Positions 23,973-35,493 of a stretch of DNA of 42,411 nucleotides are shown here, piece by piece. The DNA is from Jimgerdemannia flammicorona (taxonomy: Eukaryota), in NCBI GenBank assembly GCA_003990765.1, contig RBNJ01000090.1:1-42411 (forward strand), written 5' to 3'. The position numbers were made by a program, and so were the translations under genes. The notes below the pieces were generated by a model. That model did no database searches and was not told the origin of the DNA. It saw nothing but the letters and a program-made list of their open reading frames with translations. Within the stretch, counting starts at the first letter, position 1, and each line of letters begins with the position of its first letter.

Positions 23973-26900
23973 CTACCCAATCCACATAGGGGAACCCCCC
24001 CCCTTTATGCTTGAAAACCACCCTGTCTCCTATGATCCTAATTCTCTCCCTACTCTTTTCTCCACCAAATAGCATTGCTGACCACCCTGCAGTCCCCACC
24101 CATACCACCAGCCCATCAGAGTATCTGCCATCAATCCTTCTCATTATAACAGTTATACCCCAAAGCCCAGATGCCTCCCATTCTCAAACACAAACAACCA
24201 GTGACCTGCCAACCCCACCTATATAGCCAGCACCCACCCTAAAGTGAGCCACTTCTTTTCAACCTCTCCCACCAATCTATCCCATGGATCCTTCCACTGA
24301 CCCCTCACACTATCTCCTCTCTACATGACACCCAACCTCTTCACAACTCCTAGTGCTCCTAATGAGTCAATTTAATCTGGATTAGATTCAGATTGATTCA
24401 GATTGAATCTCATCCTGATCAACTTGGATGGGATTCAAATCCCATCTGGATGGATTCGAATTAACCATTGTTTTGATTTCCAAATTAGACAATTAAATGT
24501 TTACATCAATAACTCAATGAATAATCATCCAAATTTGATGATCTTGATGTCATTTGAATGCCCTTAATAAGACCAATCTAATGATATCAAGAACATTGCA
24601 ATTGGATCATGCGTTGCTGAGTTATGAAGGAAACCGTCTGAATTGCCAATTTTGGAAATTATTCAATTTGCCAATTTTGGAAATTTCATCAAATAGAATA
24701 TTTTCCTTAATATCTCATCTCGGCAACGCGTAATCCGATTTTAATGTTCTTGGTATCATTAGAAAGGCCTTATTAAGGTCTTTCAAATGACACCAAGATC
24801 ATCAAATTTGGATGATTATTCATCAAGTTATTGATGTAAATATTTAATTACCTAATTTGGAAATCAAAACAATTGTTGATTCGAATCCATCTGGATGGAA
24901 TTTGAATCCCATCTGGATTGACTCATTCAGAGAACTATCAACTGCTATCCAGAAGTTACTGAGCATCTCACACTCCTCTAGCCAATGTTCAGGCATCTGC
25001 ATAAAGCTCTCTTCCTGTCCAACATTATAGCACTCCTCACAGTCAAAGGTTCTCCCATCCACCAGGTGGCCAGAGTGAAAGTTGAGCATGATATTCTACT
25101 GCAATATATGTCACCAGACCACTCAATACTTTGGTGACAGCAACCACTGAACCTCAGCTCTCCAGGTCCAGATACCACTCTAGTCCCACTCTTCTCTGAC
25201 ACCCACTAATGACTATCTGCTGGGCCATAATCCTGCCCCAACCTCCTGTGGCACTCAACTCCATCACCAATATCAAAGTCACCAAGAGAGATGCCCTCCA
25301 GCAACACTTGGTCTCATCTCTATATTGCTGGGCCCAAGGCCTTTCTTTCTCATCTCTCTTCTAATGAATGCCACTGTGGTGTGCCCCATCAGCAACTCCC
25401 CACCAGAAGCTCTTAAACTACATATGCCTATTGTTCTGAAGCCCAACCAAGGACAGAAGATCTCCTGTGAAACCTCTCAGTGAGGAACTCATCTCCCAGA
25501 CCTTCTTCAATAGAGGAACTCAGCTGCTGCCCTCTAGCTCAACAGCTCTCTTTATCTACTATACTCTCAGATAGTGTAATTTCTTCAGGAAGTCCACCAG
25601 CCTGAGTCCCCCTCTAGTCACTGGTAGGGACAAAATTTCCCAGCTAATCTGACTCCTCCTCTCAGCCCAGATCCACCCCTTGGTCAGTTTTAGCAATCTC
25701 TTCACCACTCAGGCCAGGAAATTCAGATAATAGACCAGATATCACAACTTTGGCATCCAGTAAGTATTGAAGATGGAAACACATCTATACCAGAGACAAG
25801 TAGTGGCCTCCCTAGCTCCACAGGGCCTCTCCCCAGATAACCACCCACTGCTCCCACCAGAGTTTTGGGAGAACTGACCCATATACTGAAAGATAGATGC
25901 CTAAGTATCTCACTGCCTCCCCAGTAGAGACAATTGTTCTGATACATCCCCCCCCACCAGACCATTATCCAGCACTATTGTTTCATACTTATGTCAATTG
26001 AGTTTAGCCCCAGAATGTAACTCTTATCACTCTATAGTCTCCTTGAGTTCCTCAATATCAGTAATTGAGTCCAGACTAACTACTATATCATCCACAAAGG
26101 TACCAACTTTCCACTCAATGCCAAAAACTGAAAGCTCTCTTATCTTCTACCAAATTCTAAAATTCTATCCATTAAGAACTCCAAGATGAGTGCATACAAA
26201 ATGAGAGACAACAGGTCCCTCTGGGGAATACTCCTACCTAGAGAGAAAGTCACCCCTCAATGCCCATTATATATGATCACAGCCCTGCTCTCTTCCAGTA
26301 GACTGCCTATTGCTTCTAAGAACTATTGAGGGATATCAATTCTATCGAGTACTTTTGCCAATCTAACTCTCTGAACATGGTCATATGTCTTCTCCTGATC
26401 CAAGAAGACTAGGCACTCATCTAGTCCACAGGCTTATGTCCCTTCAATAACACTATATACCCAAGCTATATTATCCTGAATGTGTTGGCCTCTGACAAAT
26501 CCCCACTGCTCCACTCTCAAGACCTATTGGACCACCTTCTGCAGCCTCACTACCATTATATTAGTAATCAACTTCCTGTCTATATCCAGTATCATGATCA
26601 GTCTCCAGGTCTTCCAGTCCTCTCTCCTATCCTTGTTCTTATACTGCAGCATCACCAGCCTCAGATCCTGCTCACCTACCTATCTCTCAGACTGTAGTAC
26701 CAAGTCACATAGTGCCCTCAGCTCTCTCAGCAAATCAGAGATATCCACCATCTTCTTCCAGAAAGCCCAGGGCAGGCCATCCTCCCCTGGTGCTATACTC
26801 AGCATAGTTGCAGCAAGAATCTGATGAATCTCCTCCTCCTGCACTAGTATCACCAGATTGCCCAGCCCTTCTATCTATTGTGGGTGCCAATCCCCCAAGG

Positions 26901-28187
26901 CCAGACCAATGGTGGCTTCCTCAGCCCCACCCTCCTTCTCACTCCACAAGCCACTCTACTGCTCCTTCAGTGACCTGAGAATGTCATATATACTATGTAC
27001 AAATAGTTCCTCAGAAACTAGAACCCCTCCCACCTCTACTGAACCCTCCTTACTCAAAGAGCCCTTGTGAGAAACTTAAAGGGCCTCTCTCCTTCCTCCA
27101 GCCCCTGCCAATATAGATATACTGCCAAACTCTACACCTGCACTTCCTCCACCTCCTGCAATATCTGTTACAACTTCATAACCTCCATTTTTACCCATAA
27201 AAATCTCCAATCCTCCACCCTCTTCAGGACCAACAGACCTGTCCAATCTTCCAACAGTCTCATCAATATAACAGAAGCCCACAGTCTCTTCTTCCTCCTC
27301 TATCTCCCAGCAACTATACCTGTCTCTCTTCAATAAACCCTAGCAGCCTCTTTCAGCCTCATTCACCTAGCTCCAACTGAGACACCTTTCTATATCCACC
27401 CCTCCACCCTCTGCTAAATATCCTCAGTCCACTTGTCCCATAGTATCTTATTGTCTAATAGGGAGGAGTTGAGACACCAATGTCCCAGTCCATCCCTACT
27501 CTCACCAAAATGGCTCTATCTCAGCAATCTCTAATGATCAGACCATGAACACCATTCAGCCTCCAGAGACCTCTAAACATCCAGACTCCAGCAGTCCACT
27601 GTCAAAATCCAGTTAATCCTTATCTCCAGACAACTTGCCTAATGTGTGTACACCCTCCTGTCACCCCACAGCCTGCTACTAACATCCACCAAAGAACTCA
27701 GCCTCTCTACTTCCTCCCATATCTCCAGACCTCCACTCCTACTCTCTGGCCCCCACCCTCCATCAGTTCTCTCCAACAGTACATCTCTGACCATATTAAA
27801 GTCTCCACCAAGCATATCTAGTCCAGCCTTTGCCAGAGTCCCTTCCTTCTAGAGACTCTTCACTTACTCTACATACTCACTCTGCACTGCAGAACAGTAG
27901 TAAGATTCCACTGTAACTGGTTCCTGACCAAGGTGAATCCACTCTTCCCAAACCAGCCTATCTCCCCAGTTCTGCACATCTTGTACCTCTCCTCTGCCCT
28001 TCCAAACTGCCTCCCATCTCTATTCCTTCATCAATTCCAGTTTATCCAAATCATTCTCACACCTGACATCCTGCAAAAGAAAGAGATCAGCCTCCAATCC
28101 CTTCAGCCAAGCAAAAATATTCTATTAATAGAATGAACCCTATAGTCTATTTACATTTTAAGAAAAAATGTTAGTTGTACTATTTAT
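23973..28187 (-). pseudogene. LINE-B ORF2 (APE endonuclease, RT, C-terminal cysteine finger), interrupted by a MITE
   Basis: LGGDFNMV, WSDH, LDQEKTYD, PQRDLLS, FVDDI, FDCEEC...EHWLEEC. Confidence 0.88.
24351..24937. mobile_element. Non-autonomous hAT element / MITE (587 bp), largely palindromic
   Basis: TIRs tagtgctcctaatgagtcaat / attgactcattcagagaacta (same family as hAT-1 and hAT-3); degenerate 8-bp TSD acaactcc / tcaactgc; internal inverted arms ~24428-24632 and ~24702-24913; no ORF. Confidence 0.9.
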
Positions 28188-28218
28188 AAGAAAAAATATA
28201 TAATAGTAAGTATATCCT

Positions 28219-30200
28219 CTACTGCTCCATATTCATCTCATCTTAAGCTAGGTCCAGATCATATTCCACAGCTTTCTCCTCTTCTTCAGTCCTCTTAGCC
28301 TCCAATTCAACCAGAAGTTCTGTGAGCTTTCTATCCTCCTTCTCCTCAAATTCCTCATAATATTCCAGGCAGGCCTTCTGCCAGAGCTGCAACCCATGCT
28401 GCTCTGCCCAACAGAAAGCAGCCCTCTCACCAGCTACAACTGCCAGCCCAGCCTCCCTCTCCTTATCAATCTCATTCCCTTCCTCTTTCAGAAAAACTGC
28501 AAGAATCTTCGACTTCAGCACCTCCACCACACCCTCACTATACAGAATATGTACTCAATACTCATTACTCATCACTCATAAGTCCACCTCCCCCAACTTC
28601 TCTGCCACAAAGTTGTTTATCATCTTGCACATCTATAGCAGATTTCCCACTTCTTTCCTCTTGAAAGTTGCTGGCTGCCCTCCATCCAGTATTGAGATAT
28701 CAGCCCCAGCACTCATAGCCTTATCCCACTCCTCCTCTTGATCATCCACCAGTTCTTCCTCATCTACTGCCACAACCTGCCTCTCTTTTGCTACTTCAAG
28801 AACTCCAAAGTATACTCACTGAGCTCTCCACATAGGTACATCCTCTACATCCCTGCCCCTTAAAGCTGGACCCTATCTAATAAGAGGTGTAGAGATCAGG
28901 GATGGCTCTCAGACCTCAAAGGTATCATCCCCATATGGGTCATGTGCCTTCTCTGCCTCTCTCACTTCTGGCCCCTCCTCTGTAATTACACTATCATTGC
29001 TGGCCCAGATGCTCTCCTTGGCTCCCCCCACAATTTCAATACCACCAGCATCCTTCTTCACTCTTCTTTCCAGATTCACAAACAGCTCTCTCTGTCTCTT
29101 ACATTCTTGGGACCTTTCCCACTGCCCCTTATCTATCTGAATTATCTTTCCATCTACTACTTCCAAATGTATCAACTCAACAAATACTTTCCAAGCCTTA
29201 GTCCTCTACTCCACAGCCCCAATCAGCTCCTCCAGTGCCTCTAACAGATCCTCTTCCTCCTCCTCACTCCCCTTCATCCTAGTCACCTTGTGTAAGAAAG
29301 CCCCCCAGACCATCAATGAAGGCCAGTCTCAAGCCTTTCTGGTAGCTTCCTTCCCTGCTAACTGAATTCGAATATCTATATCCTCAGTCCTGAACAAGGT
29401 CCCCTCCCAGACCCAGAACCCAACATCAACCTCCTCACTATACTCAGCCATGACTTCCTCAACTCTCCTCCTTGTCTCCTTAGTGGTCACTGTAGGCACT
29501 CCTTTTACCAGCAATTGTACCACCCTGGGGTCCCATCTCAAGCAACACATCATCAGAACACACATCTCTCCAACTATCAACTCAGCCTTCAGCACCTCCT
29601 CCAAAGGTTCATTCTTCTTGAAGCCAACCTCCACTCCTTCTAGTCTCTTCAATAAATTCACAGATACAGCTTCAGCCACCTGCTTGGCAATTAGCCCCAG
29701 TACCATTTTCACTATCACTGCTAAGCCCCTGAAGTACAAAGTAGCTATGAACTCCAATATTGACTTCTTGAGTAATGGGGCCACCACCAGACCCATTACA
29801 CTATCCACTAGGTCCTCCATCTGTCTAAGTCCCATTCTCTCAGCCCCACCATCAGCAGTCATATCTGGATTTTTTCCAGATTAACAGTCCAACTACCATC
29901 AGGCATCATACTTGTCTCAGCCACTATACCTCTAGCTCTACTTCCCCTAGTGCCAAGGGCAGCCCCCTCCTGCCTAGTTGTTGCCACCATCATCTTGCCC
30001 CTCCTCAGCCAGCCCTTCAGCCCAGATGTTAGCCATCCTTCCTTCATCACATCTGCAAAACTGGCCCTCTCTGACCTCTGCCCTCTGACCCTCCCACCAG
30101 CAGACCCCTCATACTCCCCCTCAAGTCAGGGCCTCTCTCCACATACTGTCAGTCAAATACACTAGGGCTACTCTGCTCAATACATACCTCAGAATGTATG
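28219..30200 (-). pseudogene. LINE-B ORF1
   Basis: ORFs 29329-29862 and 28243-28530 are homologous to LINE-C ORF1 (VAPLLKKS.LEF, WDPRVVQL, VWEGT). Confidence 0.8.
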
Positions 30201-30410
30201 TTAGTCAATATGATACTAGATGCTTCTCTCTAAAAACTATATTGTGAGTGTTGCCAAAAGATTGTATAACCTGAATGTTACAGGAGAAAGGTTGCCAGTT
30301 TAAGAATCATTTGCAGACCTCATTGACTTCTTTATTCTTGATATTAAGCCATCAGTAACCACTCCTCTAATTACTGAAGGAAATGATAATAACAATGAGT
30401 TAGATAAGAA

Positions 30411-30559
30411 AGAGGAGAGAGAGGGTTGGAGTAGTGAGTAGTAAGATGGTATTTAAGTATGAAAGTATGGGGGAGGCCCCTATAAGGGGATTGGGTAGTG
30501 GGAGGGGGTACTGTATTTATATTTGATAGACTGATAATAAATAGTGAAATCTAAGAAAC

Positions 30560-30597
<38 letters not shown>
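30411..30597 (+). mobile_element. LINE-E: very short LINE 3' end with a 35-nt poly(A)
   Basis: cccctataaggggattgggtag...gatagactgataataaa...actat(A)35 matches the reverse complement of the LINE-B 3' end. No clear TSD; the 5' boundary is approximate. Confidence 0.85.
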
Positions 30598-30599
<2 letters not shown>

Positions 30600-30657
30600 T
30601 ACCCCACCCACCCCTCCCCTGGTTCTCAATTTTCAGATCAATACAGACATTGACATT

Positions 30658-30671
30658 TAAGGTAAGAAGAA
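30658..30671 (+). promoter_or_regulatory. Polypurine tract (decayed)
   Basis: taaggtaagaagaa immediately precedes the TG of the 3' LTR. Confidence 0.65.
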
Positions 30672-31401
30672 TGTAATAGAACAAATGAATGAATGAGATG
30701 AATAGATAAGATATAATAAATAATCACATAATCTGACAATGATGTCACTATTGAGTGATATATAACATATGATAAATATAATATAATAAATGAGATACTA
30801 ATGATGCCAATAATATACTAAATTATATCCAGCCAATCTCTAGTAACTGAGGCTACAAAAAATACTGTAGTAACTAATTATTGCCTAATAATAAAGGTCC
30901 TGATCACAAACCACCTGATCACAAAAATCACAATTACAAATCTCATCCATAGTTATCAAATTAGTCACTCATATTTAGTCAGAAATTACAAACCAATTTG
31001 TATAAATACCTCTTAGTTCAATCCAAATAAAGACAGTTTTAGTTCAGTCCTTAATAAAAAATCAAGTCCCCTATATAAATATATATTTTCCTTTGAGTTT
31101 TAATAATAACATCTATGTGATAAAGCCTAGCTAACTTCTGCCAGAACTGAGACTGATATATAAATTACAAAGACTTAAGTAAACCCCTTATTGAACCTGA
31201 ATTCCAAGATAAATTCAGTCTGTGCACAGCAAAGAATAAGTCCCTTATAACTACAGTTTACTTCTACTATAACTACTTTCTAGTGAGTACCTCCTCACAC
31301 TGAAGGCTTCTTAGTACACTTGTATACTAAGTCCCTAAGTAATACCTTGGTTCTTTAATTATTCAAAGAATAAGAGAGGGGTTGAAATTAGTGTTATTAT
31401 A
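30672..31401 (+). repeat. 3' LTR (730 bp, TGTAAT...ATTATA)
   Basis: Colinear with 11929-12682, e.g. the identical stretch caaattagtcactcatatttagtcagaaatta. The terminal CA has decayed to TA. Confidence 0.92.
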
Positions 31402-31977
31402 AAGTAAAGTGAGGTCTTACAAGGAGAAGAGGTGGTGTAGAAGTTTTGAGATAAGCTGATAGCAGATCTGTTAGAGGCAGAAGAGTATGAGATGGATGAT
31501 AACAGAGAGGCAGTACTTTTGATGATTACAAATGACTATGCAGCCTATCTGTAGGGCCCTAGGAAGAGATTGGCAAAGTGGCAGATACTGTGTAAGGAGT
31601 ATCAGTCTAACATAGAAATAGTAGATGGTGAGGACTATTGGGAGATCTTGGAAGTACTAGATACTCAGCTGAAAGAGACAGATAAGCTTGAGATAAAGAG
31701 GAACCTGGATGTTACTAGTAATACAGTGAGTATGGAATTATAAAGCAGTTAATTTATCTCCAAATATTATTCAATATGAACAGTATAACTAGAATTTTCT
31801 CTTTAAATATCAATGGATTAAGGGGTGCAGTAAGGTATCAGAATATTTTCAGCTAGTTGAAGAGATTGAATATAAATCAGTTCTTGCTGTAGGATATAAG
31901 ATACAATGAGAACTTAGATATATTAGATTAGATAAGAGAATTGAATAGTATGGCTATATAGTAGGGTTGGGTAGATA
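31402..31977 (+). mobile_element. LINE-A segment 3 (end of ORF1, start of ORF2 endonuclease)
   Basis: attattcaatATGAACAGTATAACTAGAAT (MNSITRIFSLNINGL) near 31776 is nearly identical to the LINE-C ORF2 start at 38542. Confidence 0.88.
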
Positions 31978-32199
31978 TAGTGCTCCTAACAAATTGAATT
32001 GAATTGAATTAAATCTAAATATAATTCAATTCAAATTTTGAATTTTGAATTAAATTTAAAATTTAATTCAAAGTTTAATTCAAAACTAAATATGGTAATT
32101 CAAAACTTATATGGGATAAAACTCACAATATTAATACATATATATATTCAAGTATATTACAATTAAGCATATCAGATATATCTTCTATAGTACCACTTA

Positions 32200-34965
32200 T
32201 AGTGGATACTATAACAATAGCTTCAGTGTCAGATACAGCTTCAACAAGTATAGCTACAACAAGTATAGTCTCAATACAACAGACTAAGAAAGAAAAAGAA
32301 AAAGCAAAAGAATACTTTAGTATTTGGAAAAGAGTATGTGGAGAATGGAGACATTAGAAGAGTTGAATATAATTACTGTAAAATGACATATATATTTATT
32401 GATGGCTCTATAACAAATCTATAGGTACATTTTGACAAATTTTACAAAAGAAATCAAATAGAAGTAAGAGAATTGTTTTTCTTAAAAGTATAGTTTTTAT
32501 ATTATTTGTTTGCATTTTTTGTTTTTTGTTTTTTGTTTTTCTTATTAATTTATTGCTATTTGATATATTAAATAGCCAAGATTTTTTATGAAATTATTTC
32601 AAAATATGCTTATCAATAGAATATCTATGACATTCAGTCTTTTACAGTTATTGAAAATTTAGAGCTGAGAGATCTTTTTTGCATTTTGAAATCAGATATT
32701 ACTATTCCTTCTGCTGGAACTATAGCAAGTAAAATTAAACTGGCATTTTAAAAGAATCATAATGCTGTTAAAATTACACTACAGAAAAGATCTAATATTT
32801 AACTTTAAATATCAGTTATAATATTCTGAATTAATCTCATTTCAATTAAATTTATTTCAAAATAGAATATTCTAGATAAAATATTCCTCATTGTTTATTC
32901 ATAGATATTATTGAATACACATATATTTTTTGGAATTAATATATATTAGATTTGTCAAAATTGGCAACTCAACTTTATATTGATTAATTTTGTTAAGCTA
33001 TTGGGATCTCATTTTGGTGAAAATCTTGCTGATGTATTTAGGAGCTATGCTTGAGATTTTGGTATACAAACAATGATATGTAAAGCTTGAGTGAGCCTTT
33101 TAAAAGAGATTTCAAAAAGCTCAAGTTTTCAAAAAAGTTTGAGATTTTAAAAAAAGTCAGGTTTTCAAAAAGGTCAGAGGTTTTCAAAAAAGATTAGGTT
33201 TTTGAAAAAGGTTTGAGTTTTTAAAAAAGGTTATATTTTTGAAAAGGTCAGATTTTCAAAAAAGGTATAGTTTTTGATAAAAGTTAGGTTTTTAAAAAAC
33301 AGTTATATAATATTTTGAATTATTGATTTTTCACTTTAGATATTGGCTATAACAAAAGATAATGTATCTAACAACTATATATTTTTTTAAACAATTGAAA
33401 TAGAGTTCAATTATAGCCACAACTATTGGTCAATATAATATATACTATATAATTCATATTATTAATCTGGCTGTTTAAGTCTTTTTAATCTGTCTGAAGG
33501 CTGAAGATAATGGAGAAATAATTTCAAGTCTTTGAATGAGTATTATTAAAATCTGTTCATTAACACAATATCATAAGAGATTTACTGTACAATGTAAAGT
33601 CTATAGAATCAACAATCAAAAAGAACTTATTTTGGATATTAAGACTCAGTGAATCTTAATATATTCAATAATTGAACAGACTATTGAATTATTAGAGATA
33701 ATTATATTTAATTACATTTAATTTGTTAGTTGTACATAGAGGTGATGTGAGTCCATAATTATGCCTTAGTCTAACCTAATAAATTAATTTTTATTAAAAG
33801 CCTGTAAATTAAATAGTTATAGCTGATAAAGATTTGGAACAATATATTATTAGAGATTGTACTTGATAATTGCTAAAAGATATCATTTTGGTGTTAAAGA
33901 GTTTTCAACATATAACAGATCTTACAACTTAGTAAAAATATCCAATAATTTATTATACAATTCTGATTTACAACTTTCTACTAGATATGATAGAGGATAA
34001 TGATAAAGTATTTCATAATCATATAACAGAATTGGAAGAATCTGGAGAGCAGAATACTCTTATTCAACAAGTGCTATCAGTAGCTATTAATAAGTTGAAA
34101 AATACAATTCAATGATATATTCTCTGATTTATTGTTTTGGTACTGATATGTAATTTATTTAATAAAAATCAGTTCTTGATCCCAGGCTTAAACTACAATA
34201 TTATTCAAACTACAATTGGGAAACCATTTGGATTAAAGTGGCCAAAACAACTGTTCACAGAGTCTATAATAAAAACTACACCCTGACATTAGTTTATCAT
34301 GAAAGTTCTGAAGATTATACTAAAGAGAAGACGATATTGATGATAATATTTATGATATTACTGAGCTATCTGAACATATATTCAACAATAAAAGGCAAGA
34401 ACTGATGATAAATCCTGAGAAGAAGTTAGATAATTATTTGAAAAGTGAAACTGTTAAATTTCAACTAGGAGTTAATATATTGTCTTGATGGCAAGTGAGT
34501 TGGTCTAATTCAAAATATTATAGGTCCAAATGGAAATATTATTAATTTTATTTAATTCATTGGAAACATTAGGGATATAAAAGAGATTATTCAAATCTAG
34601 AACAAATAGTATATGATTATTTGGCTATTCCAGTAATAAGTAAATCTATAAAGAGAGTTTTTTCAAGAGAAAAAGATCTTGTGGCACCTAAAAGAGGTAC
34701 TTTAGAACCTGAAACAATTTAAAATGATCAAGTGATTTATCTTGGCTATTGCCCTGATCCTCCTAGCTGTTCTGGTTACCTCTCCTGCCCTGATCATTGC
34801 CCTGGCCCTGGTGGTCACCTCAGCCCCCCTAGCTACAGTCATCTTAGTCACTCTAGCCCTAGTTGTCCTGCCACCCCAAAGCCAAAAGGCCATCCTCGGA
34901 CCAGTTGTAATAATTGCAGATAATATGGAAAGACTTATGGTATCCTCTCTAAAATTTACCTGAAG
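32200..34965 (+). pseudogene. Intron-containing hAT transposase pseudogene
   Basis: RVEYNYCK...GSITNL*VH (BED); FTVIEN; FVKLLGSHFGENLA; ILAITKDNVSNN; IHIINLAV; ELILDIKT; VLDPRLKLQYY; DYLAIP.ISKSIKRVFS. Confidence 0.88.
33095..33300. repeat. Intronic minisatellite (~20-bp unit, core T4-5[CA/TG/TA]A4-6)
   Basis: About ten copies, such as ggttttcaaaaagg, tttttgaaaaagg and tttttaaaaaagg. Confidence 0.9.
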
Positions 34966-35493
34966 TTAAACCCATTGACTCCTGATCTATCTTTGGGAAA
35001 AAGACCTTATGATAATTCCCATTAGTTGGCTATTTCTGTAGCTAGGCATGCTGCTAGTTACTAAGTATCAGATAAGTAGAATGGAAGAAGTCATGAGTAC
35101 TAAATATATTATATTGCTATATATTTAAACAATTGAAACACCAAACCACTAACTTTAAATTTCAAACCTAAATTTTTAGAAATTCAATAATTTGATAAAA
35201 TCATGTCCAAATTTTATAACCTTAGTTGTACTGGATTTGACTTAAAAAGGAAAATCCTACAAGCTAAAATTCTTCAAATTTGGAGTCATATTATTATATT
35301 TTAAAGTTTGGCTTTCAATTGCAAATCCAATCAGACCTCAATTTGATTTGAACAATTTGAATTGGATTCTAATTTGATTCAAACTCAATTTGATTAGAAC
35401 TCAATTTGAATTTGAAAATCCCCAGTTTAATTTGGTTCAAATTACCCTCAATTCCATTCAATTTAAATTGATTCAATTCATTTGAGAGTACTA

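Larger units (their letters stand above)
23894..30294 (-). mobile_element. LINE-B: full-length L1/Tx1-like LINE inserted antisense in the Gypsy
   Basis: TSD ccagtttaagaactattt (23876-23893) / ccagtttaagaatcattt (30295-30312); T-rich tail followed by atagtcact; colinear with LINE-C. Confidence 0.92.
11929..31401 (+). mobile_element. Chromodomain-containing Ty3/Gypsy LTR retrotransposon (about 8.8 kb once nested insertions are removed)
   Basis: Two homologous LTRs. Internal order gag-CCHC-dUTPase-PR-RT-RNaseH-IN-chromodomain. The LINE-A reading (agg tac tga ... agt gag gtc tta caa gga gaa gag) joins across the element. The TSD is degenerate. Confidence 0.92.
31978..35493 (+). mobile_element. 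hAT DNA transposon hAT-3 (3516 bp)
   Basis: TIRs tagtgctcc / gagagtacta; aattg/attca subterminal repeats; decayed transposase. The flanks ggtagata / gttaaccc do not form a TSD. Confidence 0.88.
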
